A model generated the notes under the pieces. It saw only the letters and a list, made by a program, of their open reading frames with translations, did not search any database and was not told the DNA's origin. 51,219 bases of DNA from a virus (Duplodnaviria > Caudoviricetes): positions 1 through 51,219 of the IMG/VR virus record IMGVR_UViG_3300019871_000003; one strand, given 5' to 3'. Below, piece after piece: positions 18,171 to 28,432 of the stretch. Positions within the stretch are counted from its first letter, which is position 1. Every line of letters begins with the position of its first letter. A program made the translations under genes and the position numbers.

Positions 18171-18629
18171 ATGCCAGCCGCTAAAGGAAATAAGCACGCC
18201 AAGGGGAATACCGGAGGCAGGCCAACGCTTTACAAACAAGAGTACAATCAGTATGCTTATAAGCTTTGCTTACTTGGGGCTATGGATGCCGAATTGGCTG
18301 ATTTTTTCAATGTAGAAGAAAGTACTATTAATAATTGGAAAAAGGATCATAAAGAGTTTTTGGAGTCCATAAAAAGAGGCAAGATCCAGGCAGACGCAGA
18401 AGTAGCCTCTAAGCTATTTCATCGCGCCAAAGGATACGATCATCCGGAGGATAAAATATTTAATGATCAAGGATTCCCCCTTATTATACCTACAACAAAA
18501 CATTACCCGCCTGATACTACAGCTGCTATATTTTGGCTTAAAAACAGACAGCCGTCTAAATGGCGAGATAAAACAGAAATAGACTTGAAAGCTAATGTTA
18601 GCCTTTCTGATTTGGATGTTGAGTTTTAA
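18171..18629 (+). CDS. terS: Terminase small subunit
   Basis: GRPTLY, ELADFFNV..STI.NWK, PPDTTAAIFWLKNRQP..WRDK; directly upstream of terL. Confidence 0.9.
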   Translation: MPAAKGNKHAKGNTGGRPTLYKQEYNQYAYKLCLLGAMDAELADFFNVEESTINNWKKDHKEFLESIKRGKIQADAEVASKLFHRAKGYDHPEDKIFNDQGFPLIIPTTKHYPPDTTAAIFWLKNRQPSKWRDKTEIDLKANVSLSDLDVEF

Positions 18630-18632
18630 AAT

Positions 18633-19979
18633 ATGGAAGTTGCTGAGCCACTAAAAAAACGTAAGGTGCTACCCAATGCGGAACCTGAATATAAAATACT
18701 ATATGAAGAAAACAGGCCGCCTGAAATAAATCTTTATATATGTATTGGCGGCCGAGGCGGCAAGAAAACTTTCGAGGTGTCAAAGTTTGCGGCTTATTCA
18801 GCATCGATAAAAAAGAAAAGAATTGTTATCCTTCGAGATGAAAAAGCCCTTATCAAAGAATCTATACTTAATGAAATATGGTCACGGTACGATAAGGCCA
18901 ATATTAACGGTGCACTGGATGCTGAATGCGTAAAGAATGAAACCGAGCTAAAGGACATTAAAACCGGCAAAACATTAATATACACAAAGGGGTTCAGGGC
19001 GTCTGATCTGCAAAAGAAAGCTAATCTAAAAGGTCCATCTGATATTGATATTGCAATAATTGAAGAGGGTGAAGATATCCGCGACAAAACCAAATATGAT
19101 ACTTTCGTTGATGGGTTAAGAAAAGAAGGTTGCATAGTGATCATCATGCTAAACACCCCAGATATTCAACACTTCTTAGTAAAGCGGTTTTTTAACCTGG
19201 AGCAAGTTGAAGACGGTTATTTTAAACTGATCCCTAAAAACATACCTGGCTTTATAGCTATACAAACCTCATACAAAGATAACCCACACTTACCTGCTCA
19301 TATCATTTCAAGGTATGAAGGATATGGCGACCCAAACCACCACCTTTACGATAAACATTATTATCTGACTTCTATCTTGGGTTATGCCAGTACCGGGCGC
19401 AAAGGGCAGATATTTTCAAAAGTTAAGCCTATCAGCAGATCAGAATATATGTCGCTGCAACTTATAGAGCATTACGGGCAGGATTTTGGCACTGCATCAC
19501 CTGCGGCTTTAGTGGGAGTTAAATTAGATGGCAACCGGGCATATGTAAGGCTTTTAAATTATAAACCATTAGAGGCATTGGAATTAGGTAAGCTTTATTG
19601 CACGTTAGGATTTGGGCCAAATGATGAGATAATATGCGATTACGCAGAGCCGATAACAATTGCAAAACTATCTAACGGGTGGCATGATCTTTCGCCGGAT
19701 GAATATTTAAAGTACCCGCAGTTAGCCACTGGCTTTTATGCTGTACCATGTGCATCAAAAGATATACCAGCCCGTATAGGACTAATGAAGGGCATGGAGC
19801 TTTACGCCGTAGAAGAGGATATTGAGCTATGGGAAGAGATAAATAATTTTGCCTATGAGCAAAATAAATACATGGAATATACCAATTACCCTGAGGACAA
19901 ATGGAACCATGCTTTTTTTGATGCTGCGGGGTACGTTATCGTTGCAAAAAGAGGTTATAGTGATTCGCGCGCTTATTAG
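18633..19979 (+). CDS. terL: Terminase large subunit (PBSX/SPP1-like)
   Basis: GGRGGKKT Walker A, IAIIEE Walker B, TSYKDNPHL, GQDFG, DYAEP, NH..DA nuclease motifs. Confidence 0.9.
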   Translation: MEVAEPLKKRKVLPNAEPEYKILYEENRPPEINLYICIGGRGGKKTFEVSKFAAYSASIKKKRIVILRDEKALIKESILNEIWSRYDKANINGALDAECVKNETELKDIKTGKTLIYTKGFRASDLQKKANLKGPSDIDIAIIEEGEDIRDKTKYDTFVDGLRKEGCIVIIMLNTPDIQHFLVKRFFNLEQVEDGYFKLIPKNIPGFIAIQTSYKDNPHLPAHIISRYEGYGDPNHHLYDKHYYLTSILGYASTGRKGQIFSKVKPISRSEYMSLQLIEHYGQDFGTASPAALVGVKLDGNRAYVRLLNYKPLEALELGKLYCTLGFGPNDEIICDYAEPITIAKLSNGWHDLSPDEYLKYPQLATGFYAVPCASKDIPARIGLMKGMELYAVEEDIELWEEINNFAYEQNKYMEYTNYPEDKWNHAFFDAAGYVIVAKRGYSDSRAY

Positions 19980-20013
19980 TTAGATTTTTAAAATAGTATA
20001 GTTATAAAACATT

Positions 20014-21786
20014 ATGGCGGTAGTTCAATTTCCAAAAATACAGGAAATAATACTGAGTAACCCAAACAAGGCAATTATAGCCGAGGCAAGAATTATCGCC
20101 GATAAGCTCATGCTTCATGTTTTTGGGAAAGGGCTTAGTAGCGCCCTTCAGCGTTCAGATTATTTCGAGAATGAAGATGTGTTTAAAGTTCGTAACAAAG
20201 ATGCAGTATCTAACAGAGATCTTTTTACCCGCATACTACAGCGGGAGGAAATGGTATTTACCGCCAAGGGTGGATCATCTTACTACAAAGGGCTATCGCC
20301 TGAGCAAACCATTCAAATGGATGCCACACTTGACCAGATACGGTTTAATATGACTATTCGCAAATGGGTAAAAGAATTTGCACTTAAAGCTTATAGGGTG
20401 GATCCAATGTCGGTATTATTCATTGAGGTAGATAATATCGGTAATATTTATCCAACGTACAAATCCATTGATTCTGTTTACGACTATAAGACAAATGGCA
20501 GGAAGCTTGAATATGTATGTTTCCGGCTAAAGGCTCAAGAAGTAAGACAGTTTTATCAAGACATGAACCTGTCTATCCCAACGGATATAGCCGATATACC
20601 AGGAACAAAGTACACGCAGTATTACCGCTTTGTTGATGACGCTGAGGATAGGATATGTAAGTCAAACGGAGTAACTGTTACCGAGGAAAACTCTATTAAA
20701 ATAGCATTCAGTGCGCTGCCTGCAATTATTGCATCGGATATTATAGATTTTAACAATACGCAGTGTTTCCTATCGCCTATTGAGCCAACTATAGAATTAG
20801 CGCACACTTATTTAAACGATCGGTCAATACGGGATCTATCAAAGAAATATAGTGGGTTTCCAAAAGGGTATGAGCCGCTACTGACATGCTCTACATGCTT
20901 AGGAACAGGGCTATTAGCAGCTAAAGCATGCCCTGAATGCTCTGAGGCCGGAGCCACAAGGGGCACGGGTTATAAATTGCGTACAAAGGTGTCTGACGTC
21001 GCACGATTCCCATTGCCTAAAGAAGGGCAAACAGGTGGTGTAAGCGATCCATCTAAGTTTTTCGGGTATATATCACCAGATATAAAGACATGGGATAAGC
21101 AGGACACCTCATTAGTAGATATTGAGAACTTAATGCAGGATGTTTATTGGGGCACCGTAAATAAACAATCTACTACCGGCCCGACTACAAGCCAGGGCAA
21201 TACCGGATCATTCCAAGAGACGGCAACAAAAACTCTTGCCGACTTGCAGCCGATATATGCCAGACTAAACGAAACAGCGGATTGGGCTGAGGGTACTGAA
21301 AATGCATTATGTCAGTTTATTGGCGAGTATTTATTTCCGGGATCATTCAAGAAATCAACAAGGACATACGGCAGGTATTACATACTGGAGACGCCGGATG
21401 AGTTGATTGAAGAATACCTTGACATGAAAACAAAAGGTGCACCACAGGCAACATTATTCGATACGTTAAGGAAATATTACCATTCTGTGTACGCTAATGA
21501 TCCTGTTCAATTAGCAATTAAGCTAAAACTAATCAACATAGAGCCTTTTGTGCATCAAACAGTTGTACAGGTACAGGCGGCCAATCCATCGCGGATTGAC
21601 TTTTTTATGAAGATGTATTTTTCTGAATGGCTGGCTACCAAAGATGATAATTACTTGCTTGCTTCATCTGAAGAAGCATTGCTTGCCGATTTAACATTAT
21701 TTGCAACTAGTAAGATGGTAGAACCGGCTGAGCTATTAGTACCGCCTACCGTTGGAATAAGCGAAACAGTAAGAAATATAAATTAA
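20014..21786 (+). CDS. Portal protein with CxxCxGxG insertion
   Basis: 590 aa directly after terL; synteny and size. Confidence 0.75.
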   Translation: MAVVQFPKIQEIILSNPNKAIIAEARIIADKLMLHVFGKGLSSALQRSDYFENEDVFKVRNKDAVSNRDLFTRILQREEMVFTAKGGSSYYKGLSPEQTIQMDATLDQIRFNMTIRKWVKEFALKAYRVDPMSVLFIEVDNIGNIYPTYKSIDSVYDYKTNGRKLEYVCFRLKAQEVRQFYQDMNLSIPTDIADIPGTKYTQYYRFVDDAEDRICKSNGVTVTEENSIKIAFSALPAIIASDIIDFNNTQCFLSPIEPTIELAHTYLNDRSIRDLSKKYSGFPKGYEPLLTCSTCLGTGLLAAKACPECSEAGATRGTGYKLRTKVSDVARFPLPKEGQTGGVSDPSKFFGYISPDIKTWDKQDTSLVDIENLMQDVYWGTVNKQSTTGPTTSQGNTGSFQETATKTLADLQPIYARLNETADWAEGTENALCQFIGEYLFPGSFKKSTRTYGRYYILETPDELIEEYLDMKTKGAPQATLFDTLRKYYHSVYANDPVQLAIKLKLINIEPFVHQTVVQVQAANPSRIDFFMKMYFSEWLATKDDNYLLASSEEALLADLTLFATSKMVEPAELLVPPTVGISETVRNIN

Positions 21787-21798
21787 AAACAAACTATA

Positions 21799-22209
21799 AT
21801 GTCAAGACAAAAACAAACAACCAGGCCCGATGTAAGCCAATTTGATTATTCAAAGATGGCGGCACAATCAACCAATGATGCTATTTACGAAAAGGAAAAA
21901 CTACATTTTGCAAGTTACCAGGAAGTAGTTCAATCGCTTATGAACAACGAAAAGTATGATTATGAAATGTGGCTTGCCTCTGCAACATTCGAAGAGGTAA
22001 TGGTACGCCAAAACGGCAAACAGGTAAAGGCTATTAAACTTGTTGGTGTACGCCTGAACGGCAACAAGCCGATACAGCTAACAAGGATGACGAAGATACA
22101 GGCTGACGAAATCAATAAGCATGTTAGTATCGACGGTCATACTTCAAAGTATCTGTTCTTAGCTAAAGAAGTAGTTAAAGTAAAAGAAAGTGAGGCTGTA
22201 AATGTATAA
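21799..22209 (+). CDS. Hypothetical head-module protein
   Basis: 136-aa ORF. Confidence 0.6.
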   Translation: MSRQKQTTRPDVSQFDYSKMAAQSTNDAIYEKEKLHFASYQEVVQSLMNNEKYDYEMWLASATFEEVMVRQNGKQVKAIKLVGVRLNGNKPIQLTRMTKIQADEINKHVSIDGHTSKYLFLAKEVVKVKESEAVNV

Positions 22210-22377
22210 CTGGATAGCGATGGGGCCGGGAGCGATTACATATCAAATATCAGCTGATGCAATATCAATAGAAAGTGATTGTTCTGTTTTCTGGCTTAAC
22301 AATGAAATGGTCGCAATATTGCCTTTGTCAATCCCTGTTTTACGTCAGGGTAAATCTGAAAGCGAGGCTACATAATA

Positions 22378-22659
22378 ATGATACTGCCATACTTAGAACT
22401 GCCCCTTGCTATAGGATACGCCGGGCAGGAAGATAAAATAGTTGTAGGTAAATTTCAGCCTTCACGAATAACAGCATACCATGAAGGTTTTAACTCCGAT
22501 ATAGGCATGTTTATTTACCAGGACGGGCAACCATTCCAAATTGCTTTAAGTTTAGCTCAATACGAAAGTAAAATAAATGCTTACTGGGATATATTATCAA
22601 AGCAACAAGCGAAACAGGCCGCGAATCAAACAATTAAACAAAGACTTAAAATAAACTAA
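22378..22659 (+). CDS. Hypothetical protein
   Basis: 93-aa ORF. Confidence 0.6.
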   Translation: MILPYLELPLAIGYAGQEDKIVVGKFQPSRITAYHEGFNSDIGMFIYQDGQPFQIALSLAQYESKINAYWDILSKQQAKQAANQTIKQRLKIN

Positions 22660-22661
22660 CC

Positions 22662-23477
22662 ATGTTAAAATCAGATATTAAAAAGAAGTTCAAAGACTTG
22701 GGCTTTGATATTGATAAACTTGTAGCAGCCGCAACCCACGCCGAAGAGCAGGACTTTACATTCCCAGAAATAAACAACCTCAGTGACGAGCAGCTAGCCG
22801 AGCGTGATAAGCAAGTAATTGCCACCGCGAAGCCTGAAATATTAAAAGAGGGCAAGCAAACAGGTATTGAGATCGCCAATAAAGCCATCGCAAAGAAGTT
22901 CAACCTGGCTGATGTTGACACCAAAGATCCTGATAAAATAATTGCAGCATTAGAAGGTAGCGTGGCAAAAGGTGATCTTGGACTAAAAGAACAAATATCG
23001 CTGTTGCAAAAAGATAAGACACGCCTAGAGGCTGATATCGAACAAGAACGCACTATTGGTAAACAAGCCAAGCAAGATACCGACCTGATCAGTTACTTCC
23101 CTGCAAAGCGTACAGGGATGACAGATAAAGAGTTCCTGGCACTTACCCGTATGAACCTATCTATTGAGGACCTTGACGGAGTGACAGTTGTTAAAAAAGA
23201 TGGCGCTGTTTTAAGGGACAGTAAAACACAATCTCCTGTTCCAGTAAAAGACGCTATAGCTAATCTGTTTACTGAAAAGAAATGGATTGCGGCAGAAGGT
23301 AAAGGCGGCAGAGGTGGTGATGACCAGCAAAGCAGCGCTTCAGGATTAAAGAAGTTTAGCCAGGTACAGGAGCAATATATTAAGGATAACCCAAAAGGCA
23401 GTGTTATTTCGCCTGAGTTTCAAACCCATGTTGCCGAAGTAGCAAAAGCGACAACAGACTTTGATTGGGATAATTAA
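22662..23477 (+). CDS. Capsid scaffolding protein
   Basis: Charged coiled-coil, GKGGRGG linker, upstream of the capsid gene. Confidence 0.7.
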   Translation: MLKSDIKKKFKDLGFDIDKLVAAATHAEEQDFTFPEINNLSDEQLAERDKQVIATAKPEILKEGKQTGIEIANKAIAKKFNLADVDTKDPDKIIAALEGSVAKGDLGLKEQISLLQKDKTRLEADIEQERTIGKQAKQDTDLISYFPAKRTGMTDKEFLALTRMNLSIEDLDGVTVVKKDGAVLRDSKTQSPVPVKDAIANLFTEKKWIAAEGKGGRGGDDQQSSASGLKKFSQVQEQYIKDNPKGSVISPEFQTHVAEVAKATTDFDWDN

Positions 23478-23631
23478 AAATTATGGTAATGATATTCTTA
23501 TATGCTAACGTAATTAGTAAAAAGCATAGTATGAATGTCATTACCGTTAATGATTTTTACCTTTGGGACGGATACACAGTAGCTTATCAGCATACTTTTA
23601 TATCAGCAAATTAACTATTCCTTTTCAGTTG

Positions 23632-23808
23632 TTAATTAGCGCAAATCTCATTAGAATAGTAGTATTTGCCTTTAATGTACACTTTAAGACATTCACGAGC
23701 CGAGATCGTACCCTGATGTAAAAAGGCTTCAGGCATTAGCCTTACAGGGATAAATCGGGCGTGCTTTTTTGTTATGTCGCCCCTGTAACGTGGGTTTAGT
23801 CCGTACAT
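23632..23808 (-). CDS. Small antisense ORF (58 aa)
   Basis: Hand translation MYGLNPRYRGDITKKHARFIPVRLMPEAF...YYYSNEICAN. Confidence 0.4.
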   Translation of the reverse strand: MYGLNPRYRGDITKKHARFIPVRLMPEAFLHQGTISARECLKVYIKGKYYYSNEICAN

Positions 23809-23883
23809 ATTTAGTTGGGTGTAAGATAAAATTACTAAATTAATTCGGTCTGTAAAATAAATTACTAAATTATTTGGTAATGT

Positions 23884-23899
23884 GTAAACTATAGTTTAC
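23884..23899. promoter_or_regulatory. Perfect 16-bp palindrome GTAAACTATAGTTTAC upstream of the capsid gene
   Basis: Read directly; related copies at 18113, 35112 and 41068. Confidence 0.65.
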
Positions 23900-24000
23900 A
23901 TTTATAGTCATTAGCGTCGTACGTTAATCAACGGTTGTACCGCCATTCCGAGCAGTGCTCAAATAATCAAATTTTTCACGTTTATTAAAGCACAAGCAGC

Positions 24001-25053
24001 ATGGCAAATTACGCCGCTTCGGTTTTGGCTAAAGGTCAGGCCAAGATTTCAGCAAAATTTAATGCCCCTGAATTAAGGGCGCAGATGCCTACCGTTATGG
24101 GTATGGCATTGAAAAATCAATCTATTTCAATACCAAATGCGCAGGATTTACGTGTATCGCCATTAAGGCCGGTTGACGTTAACTTCTTCACTAATATTGC
24201 TCCTGGCAATGCAACAGCAAAAACAGCACTACATACAGGTACTATAGCAGATTCATCTGTAATTAACCTTACTTATGTTTCCGTTGTTGAAACCTTTTCG
24301 CTTCCTGCAAAATTAGCAGATAATAATATATATGCTTATCAGGAGCTGTTCAACAACCAGTATGAGCAGAAATGGCGCAACCTGCGTACACGTCAGGATA
24401 ACGCAGCATTAGCATTCTTATTTGCCAACCGCTGCCAGTTATCAGCCGCAGTTGTAAATGCACGTGCCGCATCTGCAAACGCAGGCGCATGGTCTGACGC
24501 TAACCTGGCTTTGGAAATAGCGCAAGGTAACCAGAAGCTATTTATGCAGTATGCTAAATCATTCATGGCTGCTCAGTTTTACACTGGCCCATATGATATG
24601 CTTGCCGATCTTCAAATTGCGCGTGGTTTCGAGTTTGAAAAGAACCAGGGATCAAGCAACGCTAATAACTTCTCATTTCAGTTTGGTGATGCCTCTGTTT
24701 ATCAGACTCAAAGCATCATTGATCCTGCCTACACTCAGGGAGTATCATTGATTATGCCACAGGGTATATTTGCAGGTTTAAACTGGAACGAAGCATTGAA
24801 CCGTAGAGGATGGGGTAACGATCCTAATACTTCTTTGGGTATGGTTGGAACAACAGCGGATCCTTTGGGTTCGGGTGCAGTAGCGGATATTTCTATCTAC
24901 TCACAGCGTGCTGATACTTCAGCAAACGCAACTGGTGGTTCAACTCAGGATTTTGTTGATCAGTACGAATTGACTTTAACAATTGGATATGCTACTCCAC
25001 CGCTTTCATTAGTAGGTGACAGTGCAATATTCGAAATAGCACAATCAGTATAA
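24001..25053 (+). CDS. Major capsid protein
   Basis: 350 aa, Ala/Asn-rich, downstream of the scaffold; inferred from synteny. Confidence 0.75.
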   Translation: MANYAASVLAKGQAKISAKFNAPELRAQMPTVMGMALKNQSISIPNAQDLRVSPLRPVDVNFFTNIAPGNATAKTALHTGTIADSSVINLTYVSVVETFSLPAKLADNNIYAYQELFNNQYEQKWRNLRTRQDNAALAFLFANRCQLSAAVVNARAASANAGAWSDANLALEIAQGNQKLFMQYAKSFMAAQFYTGPYDMLADLQIARGFEFEKNQGSSNANNFSFQFGDASVYQTQSIIDPAYTQGVSLIMPQGIFAGLNWNEALNRRGWGNDPNTSLGMVGTTADPLGSGAVADISIYSQRADTSANATGGSTQDFVDQYELTLTIGYATPPLSLVGDSAIFEIAQSV

Positions 25054-25472
25054 TGAAAAGTTTAATTATAGCAATAGCATTGTGCATCGTTGGTACGGTA
25101 GCACATGCGCAGTTCAGCACAGGGGTAAAGATGCCTCTTGCCATTGGTGATACTATTTTGAATACTACCACAGTAAGCAAGGTTATAAACGCAACTGCGG
25201 GGTATCCGGGTTCTATCATTCAGGTTTTGGCAACATCGCAAACAGGAACGGTTGCCGGGGTAGCGAGATTATTCGGCTCTACCGATGGCGGCACCACATA
25301 CGACCGCATTAACCCGACTGACAGTGTTATTTTGAGCGCAACAACCTTACACTATAGCTTTAAAGTATTGGGGCCTTTGCCGCCAAAGATTAAGGTAGCC
25401 GTAGTTGGGTCAGGCACACAGCACACGCTTATAAAAGTTTGGTACGTATTACGAAAAAGCATCACTGAGTAA
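25053..25472 (+). CDS. Signal-peptide-bearing beta-rich protein (possible capsid decoration)
   Basis: MKSLIIAIALCIVGTVAHA/Q; L.GS.DG..Y motif; TAATG-coupled on both sides. Confidence 0.7.
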   Translation: MKSLIIAIALCIVGTVAHAQFSTGVKMPLAIGDTILNTTTVSKVINATAGYPGSIIQVLATSQTGTVAGVARLFGSTDGGTTYDRINPTDSVILSATTLHYSFKVLGPLPPKIKVAVVGSGTQHTLIKVWYVLRKSITE

Positions 25473-26632
25473 TGAACTATTCGAACGGGTTTGATATTGA
25501 CCAGGTATTGCCAGCTTTACAGCAGCGGTTAGGATGGATGCAGCCAACATTGGCAGGCAGTCCAACCTTAAGCCAGGATAATATTACGTCAAAATCAAGC
25601 CGGTTCTTTAATGATGGTTCATTTCATGCCCTTTGTACGATAGAAAATATAAAGGCTACTCAGGAAGACCCCGCAATAAGCGAAGAGGATTTTAATACCT
25701 ACCTGTTCAAATTGCAATCCGCATTAATTATGCGGTCGCTTAACGAGGTATTTCGCAAGCCTGAACTAATTGAACAGGTACTGCTATATACCCGGTATGG
25801 ATGGAATGATATTGCGGTAGCTAATGCCGGTCAGTGGATCGGGTGGATGATAAACGTTGGCAATGACCAGTCAATCAGCACACAGCTAAGCTTTGCCACT
25901 CTGTATTTCGATACTGATGTAGATTTCAATCTGTATTTATTTCAGGACGGCGTACGCGAGCCGCTAAAGACTATACCAGTGATAGTATCAGCCTTTGCCC
26001 ATACTGAGGTTGATTTAAACCTGGTTCTGCCATTTAAAACAGGTAGTAAATATTATCTGGTTTATGATCAGTCAGAATTGGGAGACGCAAAAGCCATTCG
26101 TGAACAGGTAGAAACCTATGCCATGACACGTTGTTTTGAAGCGATTATGTTTCAGGCAGCAGCCATAGATGACGGGACATTTTTCAACCATAATCAAAAG
26201 CAGTATCCTGGATTACCGCAGGGTATCAATTTGGAAGTGGTAACGTTCAGGGATCATACACAAAGAATACTTCGCAAGGCTAATCTATTTGATGAGGTGC
26301 AGGGGCTACAGATGGCGGTTATGGCTATTGAGGGAATAAATAACTCAAACAGGGCTAATTTAACGCAAAGAAATGCCGAGCAGCACTCACAGCAGATGTA
26401 TGCCGATTTAAATCAGGCATACGCTACTAAAGAAGTTCCTATTTCACCCGGGCTAAAGTCGCGTGTGTATTCAGAATTTAAACGATTGCGCGAAACATTC
26501 TTTCCTAAGGACGTACCAATATCATCTGATATGTCACAGAATTGCGGCGGGTTAGACGCTTACGAACAGCAATGGGCTAAAATAAACTGGAATACAATGA
26601 ATAATCCCGGTATGTTGGTAACTACCGAATAG
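25472..26632 (+). CDS. Putative head-tail connector/adaptor
   Basis: 386 aa; position after the capsid gene. Confidence 0.5.
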   Translation: MNYSNGFDIDQVLPALQQRLGWMQPTLAGSPTLSQDNITSKSSRFFNDGSFHALCTIENIKATQEDPAISEEDFNTYLFKLQSALIMRSLNEVFRKPELIEQVLLYTRYGWNDIAVANAGQWIGWMINVGNDQSISTQLSFATLYFDTDVDFNLYLFQDGVREPLKTIPVIVSAFAHTEVDLNLVLPFKTGSKYYLVYDQSELGDAKAIREQVETYAMTRCFEAIMFQAAAIDDGTFFNHNQKQYPGLPQGINLEVVTFRDHTQRILRKANLFDEVQGLQMAVMAIEGINNSNRANLTQRNAEQHSQQMYADLNQAYATKEVPISPGLKSRVYSEFKRLRETFFPKDVPISSDMSQNCGGLDAYEQQWAKINWNTMNNPGMLVTTE

Positions 26633-26634
26633 GT

Positions 26635-27186
26635 ATGAATATAGCAAAAGATAATGTTACTGGCGTTGACATACCGATAAAAAGATTACAGGACGTGTTA
26701 TATCCTGCACTTATAAAAAAGTGGAATCTAACAGATAGTTCTTTTAATATGTATAGCCGGGCTTACCGCAACCAAACTAAAGACGGGTATACGCCTGAAA
26801 TATATACTGGCAATAATGAATATAAAGAGGTTTACTTCGATGACTCATTATCGGCAAGTGCATTTTTTGGGCTAGGTGATGATACTAAGATAGTACAATC
26901 CAGTTCAACTACCGCACAAGTATACCTGATATTCATGATTGACCTGAATAAGATAAAGCCTGGTGATACCCGGAATGACGAAGAGGCAAGGAACGACGTA
27001 GAGCGGATATGCTTATCGGCAGGGTTCGGATTTACCATGACGGATATTATCATAGGCATCGACAAGGTGTTTAGCGAGTATTCAGGCTGGAAGCAGACAG
27101 ACGGTATTAAGTATCTGGATACACATCCGCTGCATTGCTTCAGGTTAAATTTTAAATTATTATACAGTGTTTACGCATGTAACTAA
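26635..27186 (+). CDS. Putative tail terminator/completion protein
   Basis: Directly before the tail tube gene; HP.HCFRLNF C-terminus. Confidence 0.55.
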   Translation: MNIAKDNVTGVDIPIKRLQDVLYPALIKKWNLTDSSFNMYSRAYRNQTKDGYTPEIYTGNNEYKEVYFDDSLSASAFFGLGDDTKIVQSSSTTAQVYLIFMIDLNKIKPGDTRNDEEARNDVERICLSAGFGFTMTDIIIGIDKVFSEYSGWKQTDGIKYLDTHPLHCFRLNFKLLYSVYACN

Positions 27187-27223
27187 CATGTATTTGTTTC
27201 AAAAAAAGTAAAAATTAAATAAA

Positions 27224-28183
27224 ATGGGAATTAAAAATGTACTAACGAGCTGCCTTGCAAGCTCTGGTAACACCGGATTCGGCCAATGCTTCACTGATAT
27301 AGGTATGCCAAGAGGTGTGCTGTTTGTACCGAAAGGCGCAGTATATAGCACTTCTGATATCCCTACTCTAAAAGCTACAATCCAAGCTGCTATTATGGCT
27401 GATTCAAAAAGTCAGCGTATATATCCCCTAAATAACATTATCAATATTACCGATAGCACTGAGGCCCCGGTTATCCAAACGTTCAATACCGGCGCTAAGT
27501 CAGTTGTTCGTAACGGGTTTTATGATCTTACGCTGCAATGGGAAAACGGTGGTTTCTGCGTGTTATATGCACTATTGAAATCACAAGGCCAAAATAGCCC
27601 GTTCCTGATCTATACCGATAAGGGGTTACTAATCGGTACTGATGCCGGTACTGCTGAAGAGCCTGAACAATTTAAGGGCATCAACCCGAACCTTGTTTAT
27701 GTTAACATGTTCAAATTCTCTGACGGATCAAAGGTGACCGAGTATAGCGTAACGCTGAACTTCGAGCCTACACAGATCAATCAGGGTATTGCATTTGTTG
27801 ACTTTAACCAGGATGGCGGTTTGGCTTATCTATCTGGATTGAGTGGGTTACAAAACGTAACGCTGTCACAGCTTGTTGCGCCAACATCGACCGTAGTTAA
27901 GATCGGTGCAACAACCGCTTGCGGATCGGTAAACCTTCACGATGTTTTCGCTTCTGAACTAGCTAAACCTGGAGCGTGGGTAGTTAAAAACGCTGCCACA
28001 GGTGGAACGATCACCGTTAGTGCGGTTGCCGATGATCCGACAGATGGCGGTTGGGCATTGACATTAACCGCGGCTACTGGTTTAACAGTAAATGTTTCAT
28101 TGGCCGGGCCTACTGAGTTAGCCGGATTAACTCCACCAGTTGCTGGGTACGAATCAAACTTATTATCACAAATCATACCGTAA
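27224..28183 (+). CDS. Major tail (tube) protein with C-terminal Ig-like extension
   Basis: 319 aa, synteny, A/T/V-rich C-terminal beta domain. Confidence 0.65.
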   Translation: MGIKNVLTSCLASSGNTGFGQCFTDIGMPRGVLFVPKGAVYSTSDIPTLKATIQAAIMADSKSQRIYPLNNIINITDSTEAPVIQTFNTGAKSVVRNGFYDLTLQWENGGFCVLYALLKSQGQNSPFLIYTDKGLLIGTDAGTAEEPEQFKGINPNLVYVNMFKFSDGSKVTEYSVTLNFEPTQINQGIAFVDFNQDGGLAYLSGLSGLQNVTLSQLVAPTSTVVKIGATTACGSVNLHDVFASELAKPGAWVVKNAATGGTITVSAVADDPTDGGWALTLTAATGLTVNVSLAGPTELAGLTPPVAGYESNLLSQIIP

Positions 28184-28350
28184 TGGTTGGGTTTAATAAA
28201 GAATACGCACAATGTGTATCTAAAGAACAGTGGATAAAAGAGCATTCGCACATTGAATGTGATTTATCTGCTGAGTACGATAAGATGGTGCCAAAGAAAA
28301 AGACCGAAGCCAAACCGAAAGAAGAGGCTGAGATTAAAGAGCAGGGTTAA
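28183..28350 (+). CDS. Small charged protein (55 aa), possible tail chaperone
   Basis: TAATG-coupled; MVGFNKEYAQCVSKEQWIKEH...KEQG. Confidence 0.55.
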   Translation: MVGFNKEYAQCVSKEQWIKEHSHIECDLSAEYDKMVPKKKTEAKPKEEAEIKEQG

Positions 28351-28381
28351 TAATTGTGTTCATGGTTTAGTTTGTTAGTTG

Positions 28382-28421
28382 AGGCCGTATGGATTCGCAA
28401 ATGCAGCCATACGGCTTTTTT
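28382..28421 (+). terminator. Rho-independent terminator
   Basis: GCCGTATGG / CCATACGGC stem followed by TTTTTT. Confidence 0.75.
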
Positions 28422-28432
28422 AATATTATCAA

